64,000 bases of DNA from Chrysomallon squamiferum (GCA_012295275.1 CM022673.1:23932001-23996000), one strand, 5' to 3'; shown: positions 48,241 to 62,058, numbered from the stretch's first letter. Notes: generated by a model from the letters alone, not told the origin. Numbers and translations: made by a program.

Positions 48241-48523
48241 TAATAATAATATATATTCAGTAATGTTTGTATTTGTCATAAAATATAATTAAATAACAAT
48301 AAATAAATAAGTCTTAATTCAAATTTATTTTTCAGTATTATTACCACTGATATTTATCATAAACGAAAACAAATATCTGCAATAGCAAGAACAAAACACT
48401 GCTACAAGAAGAACAATAACAACTAATACTACTACAACTATAGCTACAACGTGATACTACATCTTTTATTCTTAATGTTTTTATTATTCTGTTTCTGCTG
48501 TTGTTGTTGTAGTTACTGCTAAA

Positions 48524-48571
<48 letters not shown>

Positions 48572-49440
48572 GGTGGTGTTGTTGTTGTTGTTGTTGTTGA
48601 TCTTGTTGTTGTTGTTATTATTCTGCAGTCATACGGAGGAAAATACGCGCCGTCAGTAGCCACAAAGATACACAAAGAGAATCCCAAAGCTCAACTGAAA
48701 ATCAACTTAAAAGGTCTTGCCATAGTTTCAGGATTTTGTGATCCAGCGAATGTGAGTTTTGTTCTTTCCTCTTTAGCTTTTATTTATATTTTTCATTATT
48801 ATTTTTTTTTTTTTTTTATTTTTGTTTATTGATGGGTTTTTTCTGTGAACAATGTAGTAATTGTTTCTGACAACTCTTGAAACTGTTGCTGTTTTCCTAA
48901 ATGTATTGCTTTTGTTGTAATTATCTCAAACTTAATAATGACCAAAAATGTCTCGTTAAAACTGTCACACAAAGAAGAGCGTAACAGTGTTGTACAGACA
49001 GACACATACACCAAAAAAACAAATAATAATGTCAGAAACTTAGTAGAGAAAAAACATGAAAAAAAAAAAAAAAAAAAGAAAAATATGTCTTAAATTGTTC
49101 TTAAAATGTAATGCACCCAAAATTATAAAACAATACAATAATAATAAAAACAAATAATAATAATAACAAAAATTATTCAGATATATTATTTATTTATTTA
49201 TTTATTTATCATAAAGATGATAACGTGCTGTATTTCAGATGATACGCCCACTGGCTGACTACGCATTTTACAACGGTCTGCTAACAGAAGCGGAGAGAGA
49301 CTACATGCAATCGCGTTTTGATGAAACAATCGACCTGATAAATCAGAAAAACTACAGCGAAGCAATGCAAGTAAGCTGTACAAACACTGTCTTTTTCTTT
49401 CCTCATTATCATTCTGTGCATGCAGTAATAACATCACAAT

Positions 49441-49472
<32 letters not shown>

Positions 49473-50833
49473 CATTACATGCTGTTCAACAAACGTATTT
49501 TGGTTTGTATGCTGCATGTAGCAACCGGCTTGTCACCCGCTTCATCTAAAATATTTTGTTATGTATTAAAATATCATTTAACTGTGTTTAAGGTTTCACT
49601 TAAAACTGGTCAGGGTTATAACATGATTTTATATCTGTACGTACTCACGCACATTCGCACGTGCTTGAGTACTTGTCTCTTGATCCATGTGTGTGTGTGT
49701 GTGTGTGTGTGTGCATAGATGTATGTGTGGATGCATGTATATTTTGTACTTGTTTGTGTGTATGAATGTATATATGTATGTAAGTATTTATATGTTTCCG
49801 GTCTGTCTATATGAAATCAAGTTGCTATGCAAGTTGGTTGGGGTTGTTCCTGTCTTGGACCCAGTTCTGGTTGCTAGGGCGGGTCTGTCCAAAGCAGGGA
49901 GTTCAGGGTGATGTTTCTACACCCAGGCCCTTGTCGTCTCACAGAGAAACTCTTTTTCAAAATGGTACTTAATTTTCCTGCTAAAATTCAGATGACTTAA
50001 CACAGCAGTCTGGAACTGTTTCCGTTTCATCTTTTTCTTATATGTCATTAATTTACACAAATTTACACTACAATCATGTTGATTGTTGTTTATTTTGTTT
50101 TTTTTAAATGAAAGAATTATTCTGTTATACTTTTATGCAACTATTAACTAAAAATGCACATAATTTTACGTTGAAGAAAAAAACCCGTTTAAATTCAAGC
50201 ATGCAATTATTTATTTATTAAACATATTCTAATTTATTTATTTTATTTATTTATTTGTTTGTTTGTTTGTTTGTTTATGATTATTCTTATTCTTACTCTT
50301 ATTCTTCTTATTATTATTAACTGATTCGGATAATTTCGTTCGGAAATTTGGCATAAATGAAATGTAAATAAAACAATAACGTACATGTTGTTATTTTATA
50401 ATATTGATGTGAGAGAGGAAACCCGTTGTCATCATAGCTGATCTTTTGTGTCAACAATGATGCAGGAACACATCACTGAACTCTGGATGGAACGAGTGAC
50501 AGCCCAGTGAGCTTTAATTCTGCGATTTGACCACCGAGCTAACAGTGTGTTGTTCTTTTGTTATTTCAGGTTTACAAGAAAGTATATTTAGGTGCTGTTA
50601 CATATTTCAAGAATGTTACAGGAGTTACTAACTTCTATGATCTTCGAAAACCAGAAGATGTATGTTTTGACTGTGTCTGTTTCTTTTTTCTTTTTTTTCT
50701 TTTTCTTTTTTTATTATTTTTAATTAATTAATAATATATGTATTAAAAAATCAACCTCGTATGGTTTAAATTACGAGCTTATCTAACAGCAGAAACAGAA
50801 AAAAGTCTTTCCATGAATTCTTTCCTCTGTTAA

Positions 50834-50874
<41 letters not shown>

Positions 50875-50960
50875 CAACAACAACGTGTTTAATCGTATTA
50901 GATTGCTAAATTAAGAAATATAAATTACATTATATGTAGTTTAAAAATCTGCATCAGAAT

Positions 50961-51006
<46 letters not shown>

Positions 51007-51789
51007 CATTATTATTATTATTATTATTTTAGTCAAAGAATTTACAATTTTCGAAGTTTATAAAGAAAACGTCGACTCGTCGAGCTTTCCACGTTGGTAA
51101 CCGAACTTTCTCGGACGGTAACGAAGTGTACGACAAGCTGATGAATGATCTCCTGGTTTCTGTAAAAAACCTGTATGAGGATCTCCTTGCCAGTAACTAT
51201 TCGGTAAGTGCTGCACCGAAAATAGCTGTAAATAATGTGCACTCGAAAGAAACACTATTCTGGGACTATAATTAAAACTGTCTACAAGATTAACAGTCGA
51301 CACGAACATTCGCTTTACACAAAGCAGCCGTTAATTATAAATTTAATTATCCTTATTATACATGTTTTGTTTCTGTGAACGTTATTTTGTTTCATTTGTT
51401 TCTTTTAATCTCTGGACATTATATGAAAGGTCTTTATTACAATACCATGTTTTACTATTTGTACTGTTATAGATAAATACATGAAGCGTTTGTAACATAT
51501 TTTATCGTTTCAGATTCTTTTTTACAACGGTCAGTTTGACATAGTCGTCAATGTGGCATCGACGGAATCGTTTATCTGGAATCTTAATTGGACAGACAAC
51601 GCTACGTACAAAAACGCCACCAAGAAATTATGGAAAGTTAACTCCGAACTAGCGGGATTTATCAGAAAGGGAGGCAACCTCTATCAGGCTGTAGTTTTGG
51701 GAGCTGGACATGAGATAAATAGTGATCAGAGACAAAGATCTTTTGATCTCATTCAGAGGTTCATTGAAGGACGACTGTTTTCAGATTAA
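44652..51789 (+). CDS. Serine carboxypeptidase (peptidase S10, CPVL-like), copy 2; intact, 12 exons, ~482 aa, N-terminal signal anchor
   Basis: Exons 44652-44686, 45223-45416, 45903-46012, 46380-46494, 46889-46947, 47259-47338, 48135-48198, 48629-48751, 49239-49370, 50570-50659, 51033-51203 and 51514-51789 join in frame with GT-AG introns. The Ser (GRSYGG), Asp (NGQFD) and His (GAGH) triad is present. Confidence 0.92.
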
Positions 51790-52407
51790 ACGGTCAAGTA
51801 GTACCAACTCAGAGACAGCGAATAATTCAGTGTTGCTTCTTGTTCATCAGAGATCTTTAAAACTGAAATAGTATACTCAGCATAAGCTTAAAAATCGAAA
51901 TTAGTTTCTGATATATCACTGTAGAGTAACAACGTATTTATAAAAAAAAAAAAAAAAAAAAAAATCATATCTTCTCTGTGTATTTGTTGTTGTTTAGTTT
52001 TTGTTGTTTTTAATGTGTGCATGCGTGTGTGTGTGTGTGTATAAATCTAGAAAAATAAAGAGGAAAATAGTATTCTATGTCGTATATATAGCGTTGGTCT
52101 TATAATAAATAAAATTCTATATTTTATTATTAAAGTCTTTATTTTAGAATGTTATTTTATAGAAATGAAAACAAAAGAAAATATACCGATTTTTGGTTTG
52201 GAAAATCTAAATCAACAGCTTAGTTACTGAAGATGATATAGTTAACATTTATTGCCATAGCGGAATAAAGCTTGTTTTATATATACTACATACCCAAGAA
52301 TAATCAATTATTAATTACATTAATTACATATGAGACAGATGACGATTAAGTGTCAGTAATAGTGACTGTGTGTCTTTAGTTTTAGTTACTTAAAGGGGTC
52401 ACGTGAC

Positions 52408-54099
52408 CTAGAACTCGGACGACATTATATAATGTTTGAGGATCTGAGGAAGAGGCAAACAGCTGCATCTAGACGGCTGTCTTCCCAAACAGACTAAAAC
52501 TGTTATCTTACAGGCATGCCGCAGAGATCGCGTCGGAACTGTCCTCACAAGATCTGCCAGCTTGTCTGCATACACAACTCTGAAAGAAGCTCTTGCAAGC
52601 AGTCCTGGTAAAACTCTGGAACAGAGATGACAGATCGCGTGATTTAAGTGACTGTTCGACATGTAGTTAAACATCATCTCCAGACACTCAACGTCTACTC
52701 TGCTGTTTACAGCGATGCACACCGGGTACGACAACCGCGTCACCAGACTGTCAGCAGATTCCATTTGGTCAACATCTGCTCCGTGCTGACAGAGTAACGC
52801 AACTATTTTTAGCTTATCCTTACGTCGGTTCTGATGCGACAGATGATTCTTGATGAATCGAGACCACGAAACATGCGACGTGTCACCCACTAACAGCTCC
52901 GCAGCTCTGTAAACGATAGGTATATTTAAAGAACTAGACACAGACGTAGTTTTCAGGAGTACTTCGAAAGCCGTGTCACCTTTTGCGTTTCTGATTCTCA
53001 CATCGGCTCCGGCGTTGACGAGTAACTGGATGCACAGTGCGATGTTTCTGTGATACACGTCCAGAGTGTGCACCTCGCAGTCCGAGCGTGCACGCGTTAT
53101 TTCTTCACAGACGCTTTCCTTAGCCATTTTTATCTCAGATATGTCGAGATGCAACTGCTCTGCCAGAACGTGAAGGCAGGTATCACCAGAACTGTCCACT
53201 TCGTTGACGCGCACGCCATGCTTGATGAGCAGAGCAGTGTTGGCAGCTCGTCTGGCCAAGTTGAAACACGATCTGTACATGAAGTGTAAACAATTCTGTG
53301 TTTGTGTGGCGGTACTGCATTCGGCGCCTGCTTCCAGTAACTGCTGAATAGTTTCGGTATTTCCATTAAAAACAGCTATGTGAAGTGGAGTTTTTCCGGA
53401 GCTGTCTACCACGTGAAGAGCACATTTCGGAAGAGTTTTCAGTAACAAGGATACTAAATGTGAATTTCCAAGCGAGCAGGCCATGTGGAGAAAAGACATA
53501 TGTTCATTCGTATCTGGATACAAACTAACAAAACCCCGAGTTGGAAGGATTAAATTTTCTAGTAGATATATCGCACAATCTAAATGCTCCTCAGACACGC
53601 AGACATCAAAAGGTTTCTTTATATTTTGAACAGGATTTTCTGATTTCTTGAACAAAAGCTTCTTTGTTCTGTTTTTAGAAATACAGATTTTCTCCAGTGT
53701 GATGAGACTGCCGTCTGTCACGGAAAACACACTGTTACTAATTAAATACTTCACCACGTCCAAACTGCCCACCCAGCACGCGAGGTGTAGAGGACTGTTT
53801 TCAAGTATGTCAGAATGAGACGCACGTGTCTTCGTGTTACGATTAACGTAGATTTCTTTTTCATTCAGAAACTCCGGAAAACGACATCCCAGAAACTGAA
53901 GAACGTAGTTTCTGTTGTGAATAATCGCAAACTGGAAAATGTTTACACCAATCTCAGGGTGCTTCCATTTAAGGATAGATTCCCTAAATATTTCAGTATC
54001 AGTAAACATCTGAACAATCTCTCTGTCGCTGGTAGAATTAACTATTCCACATGACACTGATTCAGCAGCAGCAACTGCAGTCGGACACATAGTCGACAT
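52408..54099 (-). CDS. Ankyrin repeat and SOCS box-containing (ASB-like) protein, 563 aa, single coding exon
   Basis: Ankyrin motifs SPLHLACWVGSLDVVKYLI, GKTPLHIAVFNGNTETIQQLLEAGA, GDTCLHVLA and LLVNAGADVRIRNAKGDTAFE; C-terminal SOCS box RSLRHACKITV...LPLPQILKHYI. Confidence 0.92.
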   Translation of the reverse strand: MSTMCPTAVAAAESVSCGIVNSTSDREIVQMFTDTEIFRESILKWKHPEIGVNIFQFAIIHNRNYVLQFLGCRFPEFLNEKEIYVNRNTKTRASHSDILENSPLHLACWVGSLDVVKYLISNSVFSVTDGSLITLEKICISKNRTKKLLFKKSENPVQNIKKPFDVCVSEEHLDCAIYLLENLILPTRGFVSLYPDTNEHMSFLHMACSLGNSHLVSLLLKTLPKCALHVVDSSGKTPLHIAVFNGNTETIQQLLEAGAECSTATQTQNCLHFMYRSCFNLARRAANTALLIKHGVRVNEVDSSGDTCLHVLAEQLHLDISEIKMAKESVCEEITRARSDCEVHTLDVYHRNIALCIQLLVNAGADVRIRNAKGDTAFEVLLKTTSVSSSLNIPIVYRAAELLVGDTSHVSWSRFIKNHLSHQNRRKDKLKIVALLCQHGADVDQMESADSLVTRLSYPVCIAVNSRVDVECLEMMFNYMSNSHLNHAICHLCSRVLPGLLARASFRVVYADKLADLVRTVPTRSLRHACKITVLVCLGRQPSRCSCLPLPQILKHYIMSSEF

Positions 54100-54504
54100 C
54101 GTGACTATCGTTGTAACAGTTAGTTCATGTGTGAAAGAGAAAAAAAATATATTAGGGCAACAGATGTTTTATCTCATGAAGCAGTCATGTGTAACAATAA
54201 TAAATAACAGAATGATGCTCAATAAAATATTCTCTTTCTATTCAGACCAGTAGCCAGCGGATATTACTAACTTATAATAAACACCTTTCTAGATTAAAAT
54301 AGAAAATAAAGTTAGTATATATTTTATTCGAAACGGAATAAAAATATAAAATAATAAATAAATAAATAAATAAATAAATAATGATAAATACTACTGTAAT
54401 TCCGCTGATTACAAACTAACTAATAATGTCGCTGACCAACATAGGAAATTACCCAGTGGATACAATCTGATACCCATTATAAGTGCATTCAGATAAGCTC
54501 TGGC

Positions 54505-54566
<62 letters not shown>

Positions 54567-54819
54567 TGATAATAATAATTATAATTATAATAATAATAAT
54601 TATAATAATAAATAAAAAGAAAGAAACAAAACGAAAATAAAACGTTATTGTAAGAATTAATATTTTGTAACACAGTTCTAAATATTAAAAGAAACTGAAC
54701 GTAAATGTTTTCCTAAGTTTATGATTTGACAAGCCAGTGAGATAAATAAAATAAAATAAAATAAAAGAGAAATAATATTTATAGGGGAAAAACAAAAAGA
54801 GAATTTTAGTTTGCATAGG

Positions 54820-54886
<67 letters not shown>

Positions 54887-55988
54887 AAAATAAAACAGCA
54901 TAATGACAATTAGTATTACATAAAATAACAACAACAACAACAACAAAATAATAATAATAACTAATCAGATCTTTTATTTATTAATATAGATTTCTTTTCT
55001 TTTTAATGACACTCTCTGTCACAAAATAAAAAATTTCACAATTTAGAATGACATAATGATTATTATGAATATATATTTAATAATATTATTTATGAGATTT
55101 GTTATGTACGCTTACACAAATTAATTTTAATGACTGCATAAATAATGTAAATACATTATATTTATTGCTATAATTATTTTACGAAATTTCAAAGAATGAC
55201 ACCGATAATTACCTGTAACATTTGAAGGTAATGATTATAACATCGGTCAGTTTTTGCACAGAATAGCCTGTCAGTCATTGTAAATTCGCAGCTTATCTCC
55301 CTTGAACGGGTCAGTTAGTAAACAGAATGAACAACAAAAATATAATTTGACGTCTTTTAATCATTTCCTATGTGTAAATTCCACTTCACTTCTTACACGT
55401 AATAGAATTTTCGTAACAATGCAGATTTGTTTTTGTTTTTTTCACAATCAGATATTAGAAAATTAACCTGACCTTTTTTGTACGCATGTTCTTACTGGAC
55501 TGAATGAATAATTCATTAGTTTTTCATTTTCGTTTTTCCTTTATGTGCAGCAAACCGATTGTCATGCAGCTGTATTTGCTTGTATAATTATTATTATTAT
55601 CATCATCATCATCATCATCATCGTTGTTGTTGTTGCTGTTGTTTGTTGTTGTTGTTCAGTACAATATGCATAATCTGATTTTTAATGACATAATAAAATG
55701 CAATGTAGGCCTATTATTTTGTAGTGGTATTAAATAAAAGTATTATTATATACCAGAAAATGGTATATTTAATTTCGGCAAAGATTATTATAATTATTAA
55801 AATAAATTTGGGGGGGGGAATGATAAAAACAACAACATCAACAATAATAATAATAGTAATAATGGGTGGCAGCAGTAGTAGAAGAAGAAGAAGAAGTGTA
55901 GTAGTAGTAAGAAACAAAAAAGAAGCCCACTAATACTTAAAAAGAATAAGTGCAAGTTTACTTTATTGCGAATTTTGGGCATGTTTTG

Positions 55989-56033
<45 letters not shown>

Positions 56034-56455
56034 TTTTTTTTTTTTTTTTGTTGTTGTTGCTGTTTTTTTACTGTGTACAAGATGGTGTCCACTGCAGAAG
56101 ACAACAAATGTTAGTCGTTATGCATTGTCGAGAGCAATTTAATTACTGTATTATTTTTAATCAACGATTGGTATCATATATACAGATATTCACGCCAGTT
56201 TGACAGGTGGTGATAAGTATTGCTTACTTAATGTGCAGGGAGCGGTTAGTGGTGGAAATGGGTTTTAGTTGTTTAGGGTAGGCTAAAGACCGTGAGACTG
56301 AGCTGGAAAGGAGGTAGACGCTGTAAATTTGTACGTTAAAATCTTTCCTTCTTTCTTTTTTATTAATTTTTTTAAATTTAATTTAATTTAATTTATTTAT
56401 TTTTGTTAGTAGTATTAGTATTAGTATTACACAAACCAACTTGTACACCATATTT

Positions 56456-56650
56456 AACAGAGAGTAAATAAAACTGTAATGATGTGATATCTGTTTTTAT
56501 ATGACAGGCTCTGTAAAACGTTTTTATTTATTTAATGTATAAATTTAAGTAAAGGGTCATGCATAGATGATCTTATTCTGTGTATGTATTAGAGTGTCTA
56601 ACAGCAGTATAACTCTTTCTGTTGTTGTTATTATTATTATTAATAGTAGT
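56456..56650. mobile_element. Short interspersed repeat; related copies at ~61039-61260 and partial copies at ~35510-35600 and ~47430-47520
   Basis: Shared blocks acagagagtaaataaaactgt..ctgtttttat and atcttatt(c/a)t(g/a)tgtatgtattaga..agca(a/g)tataa, each followed by a (TTA)-type tract. Confidence 0.55.
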
Positions 56651-59025
56651 AGTGGTAGTAGTGTTATTATTACTATTATCCCCCCCCCTCTGAAAGTGCA
56701 GTTGTTAGTGTGGGAACATAATAGAAATACATTGAATTATCTATTACCTATCATAACCATTTCTAATTCAAGAAAATCGTATAAAAATCTCTTAATTCAC
56801 AAAGAAAAAATTATGTTTTTAATTTTTACACTTACTGGTGTTGCTTGTATGAGTTGAGTAAAATATACAAGTATAACAATAGAAAATAAATTATGTAATT
56901 TTAATTGATAGACATAGGGACATTTACTTTTTGTCTTTCATAAGATTTATATGTACGGTATATTAGTAATAGTTATTTTAGATATTTTCGCTTTAAACCA
57001 GTAAAAGGCAGATCATTTATTTATAATAAAAGCCAGATCATGTATTTATAATAAACCATATGCAACACCTAATAATCGTTAATAATAACATATAGGCCTA
57101 TTATATTATATTAGTTTTAAAGTTACAAAGAAATCAATATATGCATGCTGTTTTAACAGCTAGAAAGCTTTACAATTGTATTCAGATGTTGTATTCTCGT
57201 ACACATTGCTTCTTTTCCGGTCTTTACGGTGGTTCTTTATGTTCACCATAGTACCTTTAGCATAGAAATTAAACATTCATGTTAATCTAATTTTAAGGTT
57301 TGACAGATTGCAACGCAAAAGTTAAATGTTGAATTTGTTACGTTTAATAGGAAATTAAATCGTAAATTGTAAATATTTATAATTTTTGTGTTTCTAAATA
57401 TTTCGTGTGATCGCAAGCGATAACAAATATTAAACTAGCTTCCGGTGAAAACGTGGAGAGAAAGAAGAAGGGTGTGAGGGAATGTAAAAAAAACAACAAC
57501 AACCCGACCAAACATTTTGAGATATCTTTATTTCATATACATACCGGATAATTCTATATATGAAGATACATTCAGGTTAGTTTTGTGTGTTGTTTGCGCT
57601 ATATTTGTAAGATCAAGTTTAATACGTATTCGGGGCTATTGTTTTCAGTGTTTGCTATTGAGACGTGAGAGTATTCTAGGGTTTACGAATTAATAACCGG
57701 TTCTTCTTTCTTGTCTGATGAAAACTTATACCAGTGTAGACTATACAGTATACAAAGAATATTCAGTCACAATCCATTTAAAATAATGAAAATACACACA
57801 CATGCACACGCACGCACGCACACACACACATGCACACGCATACACATACAGGCCAGAACTCAGGAGAGGGATGTGGGAAAGTCGCCTAGCCTGTATTTCT
57901 GTTTCTAGTATTAGCCTGCGATTTGTACAGGGCCTGCTATCCGAATATCGTTGGTTGAGGTAAATATTGATTGTGTAAAGATGACCTGTGGCTTCCTATA
58001 GTCTAGAAAATGATGATAATAAATTAAGAAAAATACAAAATAAATAAATAAGAAGTAGCTGTAGTAGTAATATTTAAATTGATTATTTATGCATGTCATG
58101 TGCACATTGATTGTACATCTCAGGACTGGGTGCAGGGTTATAAGAAAATACTGTCCACACCACTATAGTATAAACATTAAACTGGGTTTGATGGTGAAAC
58201 TGTTACTATCTCAAGACAAACAATTTAGTAGCAATTATAAATGTATAAATTCACATCAAGTTAATGTGTAATTTAGAAACATGTAATTTTGTCTATTATT
58301 ATTTAATTTTTTTATATCTGTATTTGTTTTGGTGTGTGTGAAAGTCATAATCAGATTGTTTCATAAGAGATAATACAATTTCATTTCTCTCTGAAATATT
58401 GTAAACTGTTTACAACCTTTATGATAGTTTATCTTGTGACTCCATTATTAATTTTATTACACCTACGTATTTTTAATAATCATCACTGAACACTAAAAAT
58501 TTACACAAAAAATTTAATATTCAGTCAAAACAGCTCTGAAACATTCACTCATAAAATACTTCTTCAGTTAAGCTATGATGCTGTAACAATCATGAGATAG
58601 AGTGCCAGTTTTATCTTTGTTATGATATTTTCAATGATAATGATCAATTTTGATTAAATATTCATCAGATACACAAAGCAGTTGGCGTATCAGTGTATCT
58701 AAATGACCGTATCATAACCACTTGTGTAAATAAATGTGTTCTTTTCAGGTAATGGCTATGTTAAGTACATTTGTGTCACAGGTGTTGCAAATATCACGTT
58801 TTAGATGTGAGATCACACAGTCTGTAGAGACAGCTTTTTCAATAGCAGTAAGGATTTTGTCAGTTAAACTACTCATTTATCCAGGGTGTGTTCAACTTCA
58901 CTCCATAACACAGCATCAAGTGAAACACTGGACACTGAAATCTTGTTCACAGTATATAATAATTCATTCTATTTTTCTTTATTTCTTTTTTCTTTTTTTA
59001 TTAATTTTTGTTTTTTTATTATCAT

Positions 59026-59058
<33 letters not shown>

Positions 59059-59759
59059 AATACTATGTTAAGTAACACTTTGTTGCATTTTCTTTATGTA
59101 AGTAAGGTTTTGTTGATTTTATACAATATACAAAAGGCAATAGTGGACAGGTAAGTTTTCAGGATCTTGTTTTCATGATAACTTTATTTCTGTGGACATT
59201 TATTAACATAATTAACCAAGTTTAAATATTTATACTTCTGTATTAAAAACAAAAGGATAAAAAACTTTTTTTTTTAATAACTTTCATCACTGGCTTATAG
59301 AAGACAAACTAATAACTTAGTAAAATTTGGTAACAGTTATAGTACATTGAATAATTTTCTGTCTCTAGATATGGCACATTATGATTGTGTTTGTTAATTC
59401 TGATTCTGGTAGAAATATATATCTGACAAAGGACATGCAAGCTGGGTATTGCAGTTGACTTGTCATATAGTTCAAAGTACTGTCCTTAGTGCATGAGCTG
59501 GATATTTTAGAATTATGTAATACTCTTTTATTATGCTCACACAAAGAACTATCACAACTATATCTAAACCTGTATTAACTTTTCAGTGTGGTGCAGAAAC
59601 TCGGTGTTTTCTGGTTACTGAGATATATTTCTTACAGTCAGAGCTGTGTTAAAACTGGTTCAGACATGTTTCTCATTTTGTCACCACTAAATCTTCAACT
59701 ATGTACAGTGACAAAGACAGATTATACACTGTTTGTTTAGTCATCTCTTGATAAAAGCC

Positions 59760-60255
59760 AGTATAGACATACTGGAAACATTGACATTACACTGAACATG
59801 AAATTTCAGACATACTGAACATGTTGACAGATAGACACACTGAACATACTTAAACTAAAGACACACTGAACATACTTAAACTACAGACACACTCAACATA
59901 TATATTGAAGGTTCAGAGATATATGCAACATACTGAAGGTACACAGACACAAGGAACATATGGACAGTAGAGACACACTGAACATATTGACAGTACAGAC
60001 ACTGAACATATTGACAGTACAGACACTGAACATATTGAAGGTATAGACACATTGAACATATTGACAGTACAGACACACTGAACATATTGATGGTACAGAC
60101 ACATGGAACATTGAAGGTACAGACACAAGGAACATATTGATAGTACAGACACACTGAACATATTGACACTACAGGCACATTTAACATATTAACAGTACAG
60201 ACACACTGAACATAATGACAGTACAGACACACTGAATAGAGAGACAGTCTAGACA
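59760..60255. repeat. ~24-26-bp minisatellite (acagacacactgaacatattgacagt)n
   Basis: Direct reading. Confidence 0.9.
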
Positions 60256-60754
60256 TGGATAGCAATGTTGTTTTGTGTAGCTTAGAGACTGGCAGCAAGC
60301 AGTCTAGATATCCATTTCATCTGTTTTAATATCTTTCTCTTCCCACAGCCCCTTTGTGACAGAAGAAATCAATAAGTGTTGGCCCATCAATAAAATTAAG
60401 TAAATGTTTTCTTCCGTTAGTTAGGTTATTGTACATAGACGACAGCTTTCTCAGACAAATGGTTCAGTGGTTGCGACACTCTCAGTTGGTTATTAGGTTT
60501 CTGTATGTGTGTGTGTGTGTGTGTGTATAGCAACAGTTAGAAAAGGGAAAATGACACTGTTGAAAAGTGAAAGGTATGCTGAACATTGTGAGTAATTCTT
60601 GTCAGTAGGCAGTCCTCAGTGAAAACAGACTATTATTAAAATATTACATGTAATAATCCTAGGCAAGAACCTGTAAATAATACTTTATAAATTACTCATG
60701 ATTTTAAATTTGTTCATGAAATTTATGACATCTGTTATATTTGCACAATATTAT

Positions 60755-61015
60755 AGTTGTCTGTTATTATGTATCCTGTGACTACACACAAACTAGTTCT
60801 CTGTTACTACATATCCTGTGACTACACACTAACTAGTTGTCTGTTACTATGTATCCTGTGACTACACACTAACTAGTTGTCTGTTACTATCTATCTTGTG
60901 AATACCCACTAATTGTTACTATGTATCCTATGACTTCACACTAATTGTTACTATGTATCCTGTGACTTCATACTAACTAGTTGTCTGTTACTATATATCC
61001 TATGATTACACATTA
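60755..61015. repeat. 40-bp minisatellite (tatcctgtgactacacactaactagttgtctgttactatg), ~6 degenerating copies
   Basis: Direct reading. Confidence 0.9.
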
Positions 61016-61277
61016 ACTTGATGAATGTTGATATATGTCCCATATTACATCATACTTGACAGAGAGTAAATAAAACTGTCTGTTTTTATGTGACATACGC
61101 TGTAAAATAATTAGTAATGATATTAAGTAATTAATATTTATTTTCCAGTTTGGGTAAGTTTTTATTTATTTAATGTATATATTTAATTCATGACATGTAC
61201 ATTTGATCTTATTCTATGTATGTATTAGAATATAATTAGCAATATAATTCTTTTTGTTGTTGTTGTTATTATTATTG

Positions 61278-61333
<56 letters not shown>

Positions 61334-62058
61334 TCTTCTAAGTTCTATCCAATTGTAAAACAGAAATGAATTTTAGAAAATGATGAGTTTTTGTTATTGA
61401 AATCAATTACATTATCAGAATCATATTTATGAGATGTTATCAGGTATTTATGAGATGTTATCAGAGTTGCTATCACATAAATGAGATGTTATTAAACTGA
61501 TTGAACTGGTGATCACATGATTTTCTTGAAGTCAGGACAGGTGTAGTGGTGTGTGTTGTGTATGTGTGTTGATGTATTATGTGGCTGTTGTGTATAGTTT
61601 GTACATAGTTTGTTGTTGTTTATTTCTCCTTACACTGCTGTCTCGCCAGGCTGTTGGGATAGTGTGGACAGTTTTGTGTTTGGCTTGGTTTTAAATGAAG
61701 ACTGTGTAATGTTTACTGGACTTTGTTTATTTTCAGGTTTTGTTTGCAGGTGTCGTTTGGAGAGTCTGCAGGCGGCGAATGTTGAATGTGAAGAGTGGAG
61801 CAGGAAGATGGGTCACTGTTAGTTTATCAGCTCATTCATAAAGCTATGGATGTTCACACGTGTTAGAATTTTCACATGACAAATTCTCTCCAGCAATGAA
61901 TTCGAATCTGATCAAACTACACATCTAAAAAAATTTTGTTTAAAAAGAAATTCAAAAACAACAAAGTGACTGGATACCAGCTGCTGTCCCTGTGATACAT
62001 GACTGAAAACAAAAGAGAATTTTGTTTTCAAAAGTAAACTTTTAAGTTCTGTGATACA

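Noticed and set aside
53050-54054. Short ORFs overlapping the ASB gene on either strand
   Set aside because: Shadow frames of a real CDS with no recognisable motifs.
59876-60298. Cys/Tyr-rich repetitive ORFs (CLYCQYVQCV...)
   Set aside because: They are open in several frames because the ~25-bp minisatellite lacks stops on that strand; no splice or start context supports them.
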